Shown: positions 11,724 through 23,969, numbered from the whole stretch's first letter. The stretch: DNA of 62,906 nt, filler included, from Octopus bimaculoides (GCF_001194135.2; 7 parts of 7 records of this genome joined end to end with filler, not necessarily neighbours in it), one strand, 5' to 3'. Made by a program: numbers and translations. Notes: a model not told the origin generated them from the letters alone.

Positions 11724-12843
11724 ACGTAATATAGTAAATATAATTGTATATACGTCCAAACACACACGTTCACTTGTATGTCCATCAGTGTTTGCATATG
11801 TGAGTGTGTGTGTGTGTGTGTGTCTGCGTGTGTGTGCGAGTGTGTGATTGTGTGTGTGTGTGTGTGTGTGTCTGTGTGTGTGTGTGTGCGAGTTTCTGCG
11901 TGTGTGTATGTGCGCGTGTCTTTGCACGTGCGTCTGCCTGCGTATGTATAAACGCAGTTGTTTATCGTTTTTATTGATGCATCCGCGTTATCATCGGTGA
12001 GTCGCACAATTTGAGCCATCAATTGTCTTGTCCCCATGCATGTTACATTTATTGCTGTGGTGATGTATATTCCGTGTGTACACGCCTTATCTCCTCCTTC
12101 TCCTCCTCTTCCCCCCCCCCCCCNNNNNNNNNNNNNNNNNNNNNNNNNNNNNNNNNNNNNNNNNNNNNNNNNNNNNNNNNNNNNNNNNNNNNNNNNNNNN
12201 NNNNNNNNNNNNNNNNNNNNNNNNNNNNNNNNNNNNNNNNNNNNNNNNNNNNNNNNNNNNNNNNNNNNNNNNNNNNNNNNNNNNNNNNNNNNNNNNNNNN
12301 NNNNNNNNNNNNNNNNNNNNNNNNNNNNNNNNNNNNNNNNNNNNNNNNNNNNNNNNNNNNNNNNNNNNNNNNNNNNNNNNNNNNNNNNNNNNNNNNNNNN
12401 NNNNNNNNNNNNNNNNNNNNNNNNNNNNNNNNNNNNNNNNNNNNNNNNNNNNNNNNNNNNNNNNNNNNNNNNNNNNNNNNNNNNNNNNNNNNNNNNNNNN
12501 NNNNNNNNNNNNNNNNNNNNNNNNNNNNNNNNNNNNNNNNNNNNNNNNNNNNNNNNNNNNNNNNNNNNNNNNNNNNNNNNNNNNNNNNNNNNNNNNNNNN
12601 NNNNNNNNNNNNNNNNNNNNNNNNNNNNNNNNNNNNNNNNNNNNNNNNNNNNNNNNNNNNNNNNNNNNNNNNNNNNNNNNNNNNNNNNNNNNNNNNNNNN
12701 NNNNNNNNNNNNNTGGAAAACAAATATAAAAAGTGGAAGATAAATGCCTTCGTTTCATATAGTTTAATATCTTTTTATAAATATATAAATGTGAAATCCA
12801 ACCGGTTTTCGTTATTTAAGTTAGCTTTTCAAAGGACATTGTA

Positions 12844-12882
12844 CAGTAATCAATTTTCGTGACAGAGTAGTCTCGTCATTTT
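12844..12882 (-). ncRNA. Degenerate hammerhead-like motif 3' of the Penelope ORF
   Basis: Minus strand ATGACGA-GAC-TACTCT-GTC-AC-GAAA-ATTGAT-TA. First core C changed, 2 extra nt before GAAA, no good stem I. Confidence 0.3.
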
Positions 12883-12980
12883 GGATGTTTAAAAAATAAG
12901 AATGAGTCTACAGAGTGAACCAATGGAGGCAACAGTTGGCAAGGGGAACAACTGGATCCTTAATATAATTTTTTAAATGG

Positions 12981-13813
12981 TCAAATTTGTATATTGAGGT
13001 GTGGTCTGTACTTTTGTATGAACAGGTTTTCCTTGTTTTGGCGTTCTTGTACTGAGATTGAATCTTTGAATTGGTATAATGAGAAGATATGAAAATTCGG
13101 CGTTTTATTATTCGCGCATCTGTCGATATGTTTGCTCAGTGCTATCTGCCTGTATTGAGGGAAACGAATCTGTTCTCTATGCAGCGTGATTCTGCATCTC
13201 AAAGTAGGCTTGTTTGGCCCACACAATTGTGACCACAACCTGAACAAGTTAGGACATGGATAAGGTTCTGGGAAGCACATGTGAAGTTGGTCTTAATTGA
13301 GAATTTTTGTCCTTGCTGGAATGTGAATTCGGAGCCTTCAGGTAGGTATGGGCATATACCACAATTAGGTCGTCTGCATTTTTTAACTGTTGGTATTGTA
13401 CGTATTGAGTATAGTTTTGCATTTGTTAGGAGTCTCTTCAGTGATTTGTATTGTCTTTTGCATTTGAGGAGATTATGTGTATATAGGATCTTGTTCATTT
13501 TCGAGCCTTGAGTGAGCAGAGGGAGATTTTGTATAATTGTGTTGTATGCTTCATTGTTTCTGGGGTTCTGGGTTGATATGTATGGGAGTGATTTAAGGTA
13601 AGGTGTGGTGTTTTGTTTTGTTGTCCTTAGTGTGTTTGTGCCCAATTTCTTGGCACGTTTAATTCCATGGTCTATAAGTGTAGGTGGGTATTGGCGTTCA
13701 ATAAACCGCTTCGAAGTAACCTGATATATTGATTTCAGATTTAGGCACAGGGCTAGCAATTTCGGGGTGTAAGTCGACTGCATTGACCTCAGTATTCAAA
13801 TGGTGTTTGTTTT
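12981..13813 (-). mobile_element. Penelope-like element ORF 3' part (RT thumb plus GIY-YIG endonuclease), frameshifted
   Basis: FIERQYPPTLI...LPYISTQNPRN...KKCRRPNCGICP...NFTCASQNLIHVLTCSGCGHNCVGQT, then a frameshift to RITLHREQIR...ERQNKENLFIQKYRPHLN*. Confidence 0.9.
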
Positions 13814-14581
13814 NNNNNNNNNNNNNNNNNNNNNNNNNNNNNNNNNNNNNNNNNNNNNNNNNNNNNNNNNNNNNNNNNNNNNNNNNNNNNNNNNNNNNNN
13901 NNNNNNNNNNNNNNNNNNNNNNNNNNNNNNNNNNNNNNNNNNNNNNNNNNNNNNNNNNNNNNNNNNNNNNNNNNNNNNNNNNNNNNNNNNNNNNNNNNNN
14001 NNNNNNNNNNNNNNNNNNNNNNNNNNNNNNNNNNNNNNNNNNNNNNNNNNNNNNNNNNNNNNNNNNNNNNNNNNNNNNNNNNNNNNNNNNNNNNNNNNNN
14101 NNNNNNNNNNNNNNNNNNNNNNNNNNNNNNNNNNNNNNNNNNNNNNNNNNNNNNNNNNNNNNNNNNNNNNNNNNNNNNNNNNNNNNNNNNNNNNNNNNNN
14201 NNNNNNNNNNNNNNNNNNNNNNNNNNNNNNNNNNNNNNNNNNNNNNNNNNNNNNNNNNNNNNNNNNNNNNNNNNNNNNNNNNNNNNNNNNNNNNNNNNNN
14301 NNNNNNNNNNNNNNNNNNNNNNNNNNNNNNNNNNNNNNNNNNNNNNNNNNNNNNNNNNNNNNNNNNNNNNNNNNNNNNNNNNNNNNNNNNNNNNNNNNNN
14401 NNNNNNNNNNNNNNNNNNNNNNNNNNNNNNNNNNNNNNNNNNNNNNNNNNNNNNNNNNNNNNNNNNNNNNNNNNNNNNNNNNNNNNNNNNNNNNNNNNNN
14501 NNNNNNNNNNNNNNNNNNNNNNNNNNNNNNNGAGGAATTCTAGTCGAACTAATGGACAGCACTATATATTTTCTTTCTAAA

Positions 14582-14870
14582 CCTGATACTTATTCTATCA
14601 GTCACTCTTGAAGAACCGCTAAGTTACGGGGACGTAAAAAATCAACACGGGTTATCAGGGTGTGGTAGGGGACAAACACACATACACACATATATATATA
14701 TATACAACGGGCTTCTTTCAGTTTCCCTCTACCAAATCCACTCATAAGGCTTTGGTCAGCCCAAGGCTACAGTAGAAGACACTTGCCTAAGATGCCACGC
14801 AGTGGGACTGAACCCGGAACTATGACCCTGGGAAGCAAACTTCTTACCACACAGCCACGTCTGTTCCTAT
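14582..14870 (-). mobile_element. tRNA-derived SINE family A, both halves
   Basis: Reverse-complement head (14705-14870), internal (AT/AC)n, tail portion CCCCGTAACTTAGCGGTTC. Confidence 0.85.
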
Positions 14871-15004
14871 GTTGTCAGATCTTTTTCCTGTGGGTGAAAA
14901 GAGGGCAAGAAATATATAATATTTCTATATTCCCATGAATATAAAAACAAAGCACATTCAACTAATGTAGTCCAAAAACGCTGTGCTTAAAAAGTAGAAA
15001 AAGA

Positions 15005-16165
15005 CGCAATAGTCACAGCTAGAACGCCATTTGGTCATAAGTCTATTCATCCACCATTTTGAATATAAGGGAGACACAAGAAGGTAACCTAAAATGCTAG
15101 AAATAACAGCGAAAATATCAAATCAAAGCCTATCGTCGGAATGGTCACAGCTGGAACGTCNNNNNNNNNNTCATAAGTCTATTCATCCACCATTTTGAAT
15201 ATAAGGGAGACACAAGAAGGTAACCTAAAATGCTAGAAATAACAGCGAAAATATCAAATCAAAGCCTATCGTCGGAATGGTCACAGCTGGAACGTCATCG
15301 GTCATAAGTCTATTCATCCACCATTTTGAATATAAAGGAGACACAAGAAGGTAACCTAAAATGCTAGAAATAACAGCGAAAATATCAAATCAAAGCCTAT
15401 CGTCGGAATGGTCACAGATGGAACGTCATTCGGTCATAAGTCTATACATCCACCATTTTGAATATAAGGGAGACACAAGAAGGTAACCTAANNNNNNNNN
15501 NCAAATCAAAGCCTATCGTCGGAATGGTCACAGATGGAACGTCATTCGGTCATAAGTCTATTCATGCACCATTTTGAATATAAAAGAAACACGAGAAGGT
15601 AACATAAAATGCTAGAAATAACAGCGAAAATATCAAATCAAAGCCTATCGTCGGAATCGTCACGGCTGGAACGTCATTCGGTCATAAGTCTATTCATCCA
15701 CCATTTTGGATATAAAGGAAACACAAGAAGGTAACATAAAATGCTAGAAATAACAGCGAAAATATCAAATCAAAGCCTATCGTCGGAATGGTCACAGCTG
15801 GAACGTCATTCGGTCATAAGTCTATTCATCCACCATTTTGAATATAAAGGAAACACGAGAAGGTAACATAAAATGCTAGAAATAACAGCGAAAATATCAA
15901 ATCAAAGCCTATCGTCGGAATGGTCACAGCTGGAACGTCATTCGGTCATAAGTCTATTCATCCACCATTTTGGATATAAAGGAAACACAAGAAGGTAACC
16001 TAAAATGCTAGAAATAACAGCGAAAATATCAAATCAAAACCTATCGTCGGAATGGTTATAGCTACAATAGCATTCGATCGTTAAGTCTGTTCTTCCACCA
16101 TTTTCAGTGTAAGAGAACTGCTATGATATGACCTGATCTGCTAGAAATAACAGCGAAAAAATATC
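15005..16165 (+). repeat. 132-bp tandem satellite, about 8.5 units
   Basis: GGTCATAAGTC recurs at 15300, 15432, 15548, 15680, 15812 and 15944 (132-bp steps except across a small gap); the terminal units are the most diverged. Confidence 0.95.
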
Positions 16166-16486
16166 ATCGTTTGAGTAGGGATCACTCAGTGCTAAACAGA
16201 ATCTCAAACAACAATAGGTACAATTGATCAGTTCTGCCTAGCAAGAACCGATCTCATGGAATTTTATTAAAAAAAAATATTTTATAAAAATGTAGCAAAA
16301 ACTAACGATGAATAAACAAACATAATAGTTTATTCCATTTTGTAGTGAAGGTAGAACAGGTTCTGTATCCAACAAAAAAAAAAAAANNNNNNNNNNNNNN
16401 NNNNNNNNNNNNNNNNNNNNNNNNNNNNNNNNNNNNNNNNNNNNNNNNNNNNNNNNNNNNNNNNNNNNNNNNNNNNNNNNNNNNNN

Positions 16487-16523
<37 letters not shown>

Positions 16524-16524
16524 G

Positions 16525-16597
16525 TGTACGGCAAATTCACTCGCAAGACATTGGTCGACTCTGGGCTATAGAAGGGACTGAACCCTAGAACAACATA
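16525..16597 (-). mobile_element. Internally deleted SINE family A fragment
   Basis: CAAATTCACTCGCAAGACATTGGTCGAC...GGCTATAGAAGGGACTGAACCC. Confidence 0.6.
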
Positions 16598-16668
16598 CCC
16601 ACACTTGTATGTATGTCTCTCTATACATACATACACACACACAGACACACTCTCTCTCTCTCTCTCGC

Positions 16669-16701
<33 letters not shown>

Positions 16702-17666
16702 NNNNNNNNNNNNNNNNNNNNNNNNNNNNNNNNNNNNNNNNNNNNNNNNNNNNNNNNNNNNNNNNNNNNNNNNNNNNNNNNNNNNNNNNNNNNNNNNNNN
16801 NNNNNNNNNNNNNNNNNNNNNNNNNNNNNNNNNNNNNNNNNNNNNNNNNNNNNNNNNNNNNNNNNNNNNNNNNNNNNNNNNNNNNNNNNNNNNNNNNNNN
16901 NNNNNNNNNNNNNNNNNNNNNNNNNNNNNNNNNNNNNNNNNNNNNNNNNNNNNNNNNNNNNNNNNNNNNNNNNNNNNNNNNNNNNNNNNNNNNNNNNNNN
17001 NNNNNNNNNNNNNNNNNNNNNNNNNNNNNNNNNNNNNNNNNNNNNNNNNNNNNNNNNNNNNNNNNNNNNNNNNNNNNNNNNNNNNNNNNNNNNNNNNNNN
17101 NNNNNNNNNNNNNNNNNNNNNNNNNNNNNNNNNNNNNNNNNNNNNNNNNNNNNNNNNNNNNNNNNNNNNNNNNNNNNNNNNNNNNNNNNNNNNNNNNNNN
17201 NNNNNNNNNNNNNNNNNNNNNNNNNNNNNNNNNNNNNNNNNNNNNNNNNNNNNNNNNNNNNNNNNNNNNNNNNNNNNNNNNNNNNNNNNNNNNNNNNNNN
17301 NNNNNNNNNNNNNNNNNNNNNNNNNNNNNNNNNNNNNNNNNNNNNNNNNNNNNNNNNNNNNNNNNNNNNNNNNNNNNNNNNNNNNNNNNNNNNNNNNNNN
17401 NNNNNNNNNNNNNNNNNNNNNNNNNNNNNNNNNNNNNNNNNNNNNNNNNNNNNNNNNNNNNNNNNNNNNNNNNNNNNNNNNNNNNNNNNNNNNNNNNNNN
17501 NNNNNNNNNNNNNNNNNNNNNNNNNNNNNNNNNNNNNNNNNNNNNNNNNNNNNNNNNNNNNNNNNNNNNNNNNNNNNNNNNNNNNNNNNNNNNNNCCTAT
17601 AAATATATATATATATGCCTATATATATATGTATATATATATAAATACATATGCCTCTGTGTGTTT

Positions 17667-17727
<61 letters not shown>

Positions 17728-17844
17728 CGTGTGTGTGTGATTCTCATAAGCATATACATACATACCACACCACAGCGAATATTACTGTCTGCACAATTCG
17801 TCAATTCGTCACGAAGAACAAAAGATAACACAGAATTGTAAAAA

Positions 17845-17962
17845 CGACAACAACAACAACAACAACCACAACAACAACAACCACAACAGCATCAACAACA
17901 ACAACAACAACAGCAACAACAACAACAACGATATTAAGAACAGCATCAACAGCAGCAACAAT
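17845..17962. repeat. (CAA/CAG)n microsatellite inside a stop-free frame
   Basis: Direct reading. Confidence 0.9.
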
Positions 17963-18358
17963 GCCACAGATCCTGTTCAGAAAACTAAACGATTGGATGA
18001 TGATGGCTTTACCAAGAGACAAGAAGAATGAATAAGCTGCACTCATCATGGCAGTGTGTGTGAGTAAAGAGAGAGAGAGAGAGGGGGAGAAGAGAGAGAG
18101 GACAGACAGAAGAGAGAGAGAGAGAGAGAAAGATAGAGTGAGAGAGTTTGAAGGAGGGTAGGAGAGAGTGGGAAAGAGAGTGAGAGGGTGAGATGTAAGA
18201 CGCTGAATAGACAATTTCTAGATCACTAAAACAATGGCGCCCACTAACTGTAAGACAATAACTTCAAAAGAATCAGAGAAATGGATGCTTTGCTGCTTGC
18301 GTCTATGCGTGTATGGTATTGTGTGTGACGGCGATTGTGTGCGTGTCTGTGTGTGTGA

Positions 18359-18408
<50 letters not shown>

Positions 18409-19921
18409 GACTGTGTGTGTCTGGATATGGATGTTTGTGTGTACGTGAGTGTAAAAGAAAACAAAAAAAATGAAAATAGTACTTAGGAGTTTCTTTTTTA
18501 CTTGTATATTATATACATGTATATGTACGTATNNNNNNNNNNNNNNNNNNNNNNNNNNNNNNNNNNNNNNNNNNNNNNNNNNNNNNNNNNNNNNNNNNNN
18601 NNNNNNNNNNNNNNNNNNNNNNNNNNNNNNNNNNNNNNNNNNNNNNNNNNNNNNNNNNNNNNNNNNNNNNNNNNNNNNNNNNNNNNNNNNNNNNNNNNNN
18701 NNNNNNNNNNNNNNNNNNNNNNNNNNNNNNNNNNNNNNNNNNNNNNNNNNNNNNNNNNNNNNNNNNNNNNNNNNNNNNNNNNNNNNNNNNNNNNNNNNNN
18801 NNNNNNNNNNNNNNNNNNNNNNNNNNNNNNNNNNNNNNNNNNNNNNNNNNNNNNNNNNNNNNNNNNNNNNNNNNNNNNNNNNNNNNNNNNNNNNNNNNNN
18901 NNNNNNNNNNNNNNNNNNNNNNNNNNNNNNNNNNNNNNNNNNNNNNNNNNNNNNNNNNNNNNNNNNNNNNNNNNNNNNNNNNNNNNNNNNNNNNNNNNNN
19001 NNNNNNNNNNNNNNNNNNNNNNNNNNNNNNNNNNNNNNNNNNNNNNNNNNNNNNNNNNNNNNNNNNNNNNTATATATATGCATACATATATATGTATATA
19101 TATATACATATATATATATGTGTGTGTGTGTATGTATCAGTGAGTGTTTGTCTTTATGTGTATGTGTCCGCGTGAGTATTTGTGTGTGTGTATATGTATG
19201 TGTATGTGTGCGTGTCTGGTGTGTGTTTGAGTGTGTGTGTGTGTATGTGTGTTTCGGATGTGTGTGTGTGTGTGTGTGTACATGTCGGGTGTGTGCGTGC
19301 GTGTATGCGCGCGCGCGCGCGTGTCTGTGTGTGGCTGAACGATTAAGAAGTTCGTTTCTCATTCACACGATCTAGTGTTCGATCGCACTGCTCGTCGTAT
19401 TGAGCAGATGTCTTCTTTCGGGTCGATTCATCTCCTGTTGGTGAAATTGGATAGACGAAAACTGTACAGAAGGCTATCATATGGATTATGACTACAATCC
19501 AAAAGGAGCAGCGTTGAGAGATAGTCTCACTGATCTCACCTGAAAATTCCAGGTCCAAATTCTAACCTAGGTCCACCAGTAACACACTCACACGCACGTA
19601 GACATACACACATTCCCATACGTACACAATCACAAATACACACGCAAACATAAACATACACAAAGGTGCATGCGTTTGTATATATGTACACACAATTATA
19701 TATGTTTTATGTCTGTAAGTGTATATATAACGAACACGACACAATGAAGTAGAGAAATTTGAAAAGACAACACGAAACCGGTTATTTCTCAAAATACAAT
19801 GTTTATATACCAAAAAGATTTTATAACATTTTTATAACATTTTTCTTACATTTTTCTGACATAATTTAAATATATACTTTAACCATGTAACACAAGCCTT
19901 CTGTAGTTTTTTCACTCTTAT

Positions 19922-19953
<32 letters not shown>

Positions 19954-20189
19954 NNNNNNNNNNNNNNNNNNNNNNNNNNNNNNNNNNNNNNNNNNNNNNN
20001 NNNNNNNNNNNNNNNNNNNNNNNNNNNNNNNNNNNNNNNNNNNNNNNNNNNNNNNNNNNNNNNNNNNNNNNNNNNNNNNNNNNNNNNNNNNNNNNNNNNN
20101 NNATACTGATAGTAATGTTAAGACAACAAAAAAATAAAAGAGACCTCGATATTATGTAAATAGAGGAATTTATCTGTAAATATAACATG

Positions 20190-20600
20190 CGAGAATTATT
20201 CGGTAGCCATGATAAAACTCCGAGTTTCGGATGTCGGGGTGGAAACCTGCACCGGCATCTCTTCAGTTATCGGACCATCATATATAAAATTGTTAAAGAG
20301 GACAACAAACGTTACGGCAAGGCAAACACCTCAAGTCAATGACGATTTAGATGACAGGACCTCTCTCGTTAAAGACGACATATTATCGTTCAATGATTTG
20401 TTTATAATGATCATACATTTGTGCCGTAGATTAGCTTGCTCTCCCCATGAAATCGACGTTACCTCAACAGGGTCACGGTGTGCCACGGGTCAGATGTCGA
20501 AGGGAGCGCAGAGCAACGGGAGACGAAGTGTTTTGTTCAAGAACACAGCGCACCACCGGGTCAAAGAATTGAAATCACGATCTGTCTGGCCTTCTGCTTC
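20190..20600 (-). mobile_element. CORE-like SINE with long tail
   Basis: Minus strand B-box-like GATTTCAATTC followed by GTGTTCTTGAACAAAACACTTCGTCTCCCGTTGCTCTG, similar to the core at about 37540. Confidence 0.5.
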
Positions 20601-20821
20601 GATCTAGTAAATCGATTCCCATTAATCAATATATACATATTTATAAAACGTGCGTTTTCTGCGATGATTTGGCAAGCGGTATCGATTTTACAATTCTGTA
20701 ATTAATAATAATGATATTTTATAAGCTTAAGTCGCATAAGCGAACACTTTGTATTGAGAAAAAAGAAAAGAAAATTTAATATTGGGGCCTCTAAGCCCTC
20801 GAGGGAAGGAAGAAGTAGCGA

Positions 20822-20895
20822 TTTCCATACCCGTGGGACACGAACACACACATCTACGTTTTGGCGACAAGTGTGCTACCATTGCACCAACGTAC
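20822..20895 (-). pseudogene. tRNA-like sequence (Trp/CCA-like pseudogene or SINE head); second identical copy at about 21557-21630
   Basis: Minus strand TGGTGCAATGGTAGCAC (A box and D arm GTGC/GCAC), loop CGCCAAA, GTGTTCGTGTCCCAC (B-box-like). The anticodon and acceptor stems are imperfect. Confidence 0.35.
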
Positions 20896-21680
20896 ATATA
20901 GATTTGTGTGCGTGTGTATGTATGTATATATGTATGTGTGTGTGTGTACGTGTATGTATTTATGTGTGTATATACACATATACATATATATACATGTATA
21001 TATATACAATATATATCTATCTATATATATATACGTATGTATATATATNNNNNNNNNNNNNNNNNNNNNNNNNNNNNNNNNNNNNNNNNNNNNNNNNNNN
21101 NNNNNNNNNNNNNNNNNNNNNNNNNNNNNNNNNNNNNNNNNNNNNNNNNNNNNNNNNNNNNNNNNNNNNNNNNNNNNNNNNNNNNNNNNNNNNNNNNNNN
21201 NNNNNNNNNNNNNNNNNNNNNNNNNNNNNNNNNNNNNNNNNNNNNNNNNNNNNNNNNNNNNNNNNNNNNNNNNNNNNNNNNNNNNNNNNNNNNNNNNNNN
21301 NNNNNNNNNNNNNNNNNNNNNNNNNNNNNNNNNNNNNNNNNNNNNNNNNNNNNNNNNNNNNNNNNNNNNNNNNNNNNNNNNNNNNNNNNNNNNNNNNNNN
21401 NNNNNNNNNNNNNNNNNNNNNNNNNNNNNNNNNNNNNNNNNNNNNNNNNNNNNNNNNNNNNNNNNNNNNNNNNNNNNNNNNNNNNNNNNNNNNNNNNNNN
21501 NNNAGAAAATTTAATATTGGGGCCTCTAAGCCCTCGAGGGAAGGAAGAAGTAGCGATTTCCATACCCGTGGGACACGAACACACACATCTACGTTTTGGC
21601 GACAAGTGTGCTACCATTGCACCAACGTACATATAGATTTGTGTGCGTGTGTATGTATGTATATATGTATGTGTGTGTGT

Positions 21681-21858
21681 GTTCCCCCAGCATTGCTTGA
21701 CAACCGATGGTGGTGTGTTTACGTGCCCGTAACTTAGCGGTTCGGCAAAAGAGACCGGTAGAATAAGTACTAGGCTTCCAAAGAATAAGTCCTGGGGTCG
21801 ATTTGCTCCAGCATGGCCGCAGTCAAATGACTGAAACAAGTAAAAGAATAAAAGAAAG
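21681..21858 (+). mobile_element. SINE family A 3' half
   Basis: CCCCCAGCATTGCTTGACAACCGATG...GTAACTTAGCGGTTCGGCAAAAGAGACC...GACTGAAACAAGTAAAAGAATAAAAG. Confidence 0.85.
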
Positions 21859-21950
21859 AAAGAATATATATATATATATATATCCATGAGAATACATGCA
21901 TAAGTCCAAACATACGAATCTTCTCGTTTAGATACATAAAAAAATACCAC

Positions 21951-22092
21951 GTTGATGTTATTTAAATTACAATAAATGAGATTGGATCTAGGTTAGAAAC
22001 CGGTTCTTTCTCTATTGGCAAGAAATCTTGAAATTTAACTGAATAATGACATACATACATACATACATACATACATACATACATACATACAT
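21951..22092 (+). mobile_element. 3' UTR of an R4/Dong-like LINE ending in (CATA)n
   Basis: Near-identical to 39830-39930 (TTGGATCTAGGTTAGAAACCGGTTCTTTCTCTA.TGGCAAGAAATCTTGAAAT...AATGACATACATA). Confidence 0.65.
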
Positions 22093-22098
22093 GCATCC

Positions 22099-22411
22099 TG
22101 TTATGGCGAGGATCACGACATGCCCTGCGAAAATAGACTTGACCGAACGACTATAAATAGTAGCGGTATGAGTGAGAGACAGAGGAAGAGTAGGCGTTAA
22201 TCGCAGGAAGTCGTAAGGTGCCGTTTTGGTAATTTGTCGGAATATCGTTTGTTGGTTCGTGTATAGTTCGTGGAGAGTTTGTTCGATTGTTACGTCGTTG
22301 TTGCCTTGCTTCGTTATATTTTTATTGTTACTGCATGGTCATAGTATAAACAAGTATAGTCATAAACAGCGATAGATACTACAATAATTGGCGACGAGTA
22401 ACTGCATAACA
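22099..22411 (+). mobile_element. Gypsy 5' LTR
   Basis: Starts TGTTAT and ends ATAACA (6-bp terminal inverted repeat), contains TATAAATA, and is followed by PBS TGGCGACGAG at 22416-22425. Confidence 0.8.
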
Positions 22412-22480
22412 ATATTGGCGACGAGGATTCGAAGCTCACGCAGGTCCGTTTACCGATTTTGGTGATACAAAGTTGTTAAT

Positions 22481-23603
22481 GATGGATGACTTATTAGCTT
22501 CTATAGTTCAGTAGCACCAACAACTACAACAGCAACAACTACAACACAATCAGTTGCAGTGCAACAACAACAGCAGAAAGAGTCGAACAACAGTTGTTTG
22601 TTGTTGGCACTCCGTCGCTTACGACGACGAGGGTTCCAGTTGATCCGATCAACGGAACAGCCTGTTCGTGAAATTAACGTGCAAGTGGCTGAGCACTCTA
22701 CAGACATGTGTACCCTTAACGTAGTTCTCGGGGATACTCAGCATGTCACAGTGTGACAAGGCTGGCCCTTTGAATTACAGGCACAACAGAAACAGGAAGT
22801 AAGAGTGAGAGAAAGTTGTGGTGGAAGAGTACAACAGGGTTCGCCACCATCCCCTGCCGGAGCCTCGTGGAGCTTTAGGTGTTTTCGCTCAATAAACACT
22901 CACAACGCCCGATCTGGGAATCGAAACCGCGATCCTATGACCGTGAGTCCGCTGCCCTAACCACAGGGCTATTGCCCCTCCCGAACAACAGTATTCAAGA
23001 GTCGAACAGCAGTATTCAAGAGTCGATCAACAATACTCAGGAGTCGAACCACAGTACCCAAGAGTCGAACCACAGTACCCAAGAGTCGAACAGCAGATGC
23101 TGGAATTAATAAGGAAATCCGAAAACACTATAAGTTCGTTTTCGCCAGACGGCGTATCGAATTCTAAAACAGAATTCAGTTATGACCCAAAAGAGAGCAT
23201 AACATTTGCAGTATATTTTAAAAGGTACGAAGAAATCTTTAGAATGAAGATTGTTAGTCGTAGACGGACGGGGATAAAGTAAGACTATTGTTACGTAAAT
23301 TAGCGCCGGCTAAACATGAAAAATATTGTAATTTCATACTATCCCAGAAAAAAACTAGTGAAATCTGTTTTCAGGAAACAGTCGAACTACTATCAAAAAT
23401 ATTCAGTCATAAGAGTTTCCTACTTAACACTCGATGGGAGTGTTGGAATCTAGTTAAGAGAGAGGATGACAACTTTGTCACGTATACCGGAACCGTAAAC
23501 AGAATGTGAGAAAGGTTTAAACTAAAGGAACTAAATTCTCATATGTTTAAGTGCCTTATTTTTGTACAAGGGCTCACGGCAAACAAAGATGCGGAAATAC
23601 GTG
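22481..23603 (+). mobile_element. Gypsy gag pseudogene, interrupted by a SINE and truncated by an R4-like fragment
   Basis: FSYDPKESITFAVYFKRYEEIF, KVRLLLRKLAPAKHEKYCNFIL, FQETVELLSKIFS, FKCLIFVQGLTANKDAEIR, with stops and frameshifts. Confidence 0.85.
22595..22981 (-). mobile_element. tRNA-derived SINE family C with (CAA) tail and 11-bp TSD
   Basis: Full-length match to 55827-56211; TSD CGAACAACAGT at 22584-22594 and 22982-22992. Confidence 0.92.
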
Positions 23604-23925
23604 CCAAGTTTCGAAACCTCCAGCTTCTCTATCCCAATTATCAATTCACATTTATATCAATTATAATTAATGCGCTTGGTTTTGCGAGTAAATGTCCAAG
23701 TGACAATCTGGATAAAGTAGCGTCTTTAAAAAAAAAATGAAACCAATCGACTAACTCGGGCATTGCAAAAACAATTTGTAAGTGGAACAATAAAAATATG
23801 GAAGACTTTACTCAAGTTTAAAATGTGATATTTCTTCAGAAACTACATTCCAACGATGGAGCTTTCTATCTTTGTTAGAAACCAGCTTCTTCTCCAGAGG
23901 AAGAATCTAAATGATCAAAAATAGA

Positions 23926-23969
<44 letters not shown>

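Noticed and set aside
11958-11996. 39-nt microexon candidate with CG/GTGAGT donor
   Set aside because: The acceptor lacks a polypyrimidine tract, the peptide is unrecognisable, and there is no partner exon.
15005-16165. CRISPR-like appearance of the regular array
   Set aside because: Units are contiguous near-identical 132-mers with no unique spacers, there are no cas genes, and the context is eukaryotic.
19343-19558. 71-aa minus-strand ORF in a unique island between microsatellites
   Set aside because: No recognisable domain and ambiguous splice signals; cannot be supported without expression data.
20768-21681. Exact duplication of about 178 bp (20768-20945 and 21504-21681) including the tRNA-like sequence
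   Set aside because: Identical copies flank an N gap; most likely an overlap or haplotype assembly artefact.
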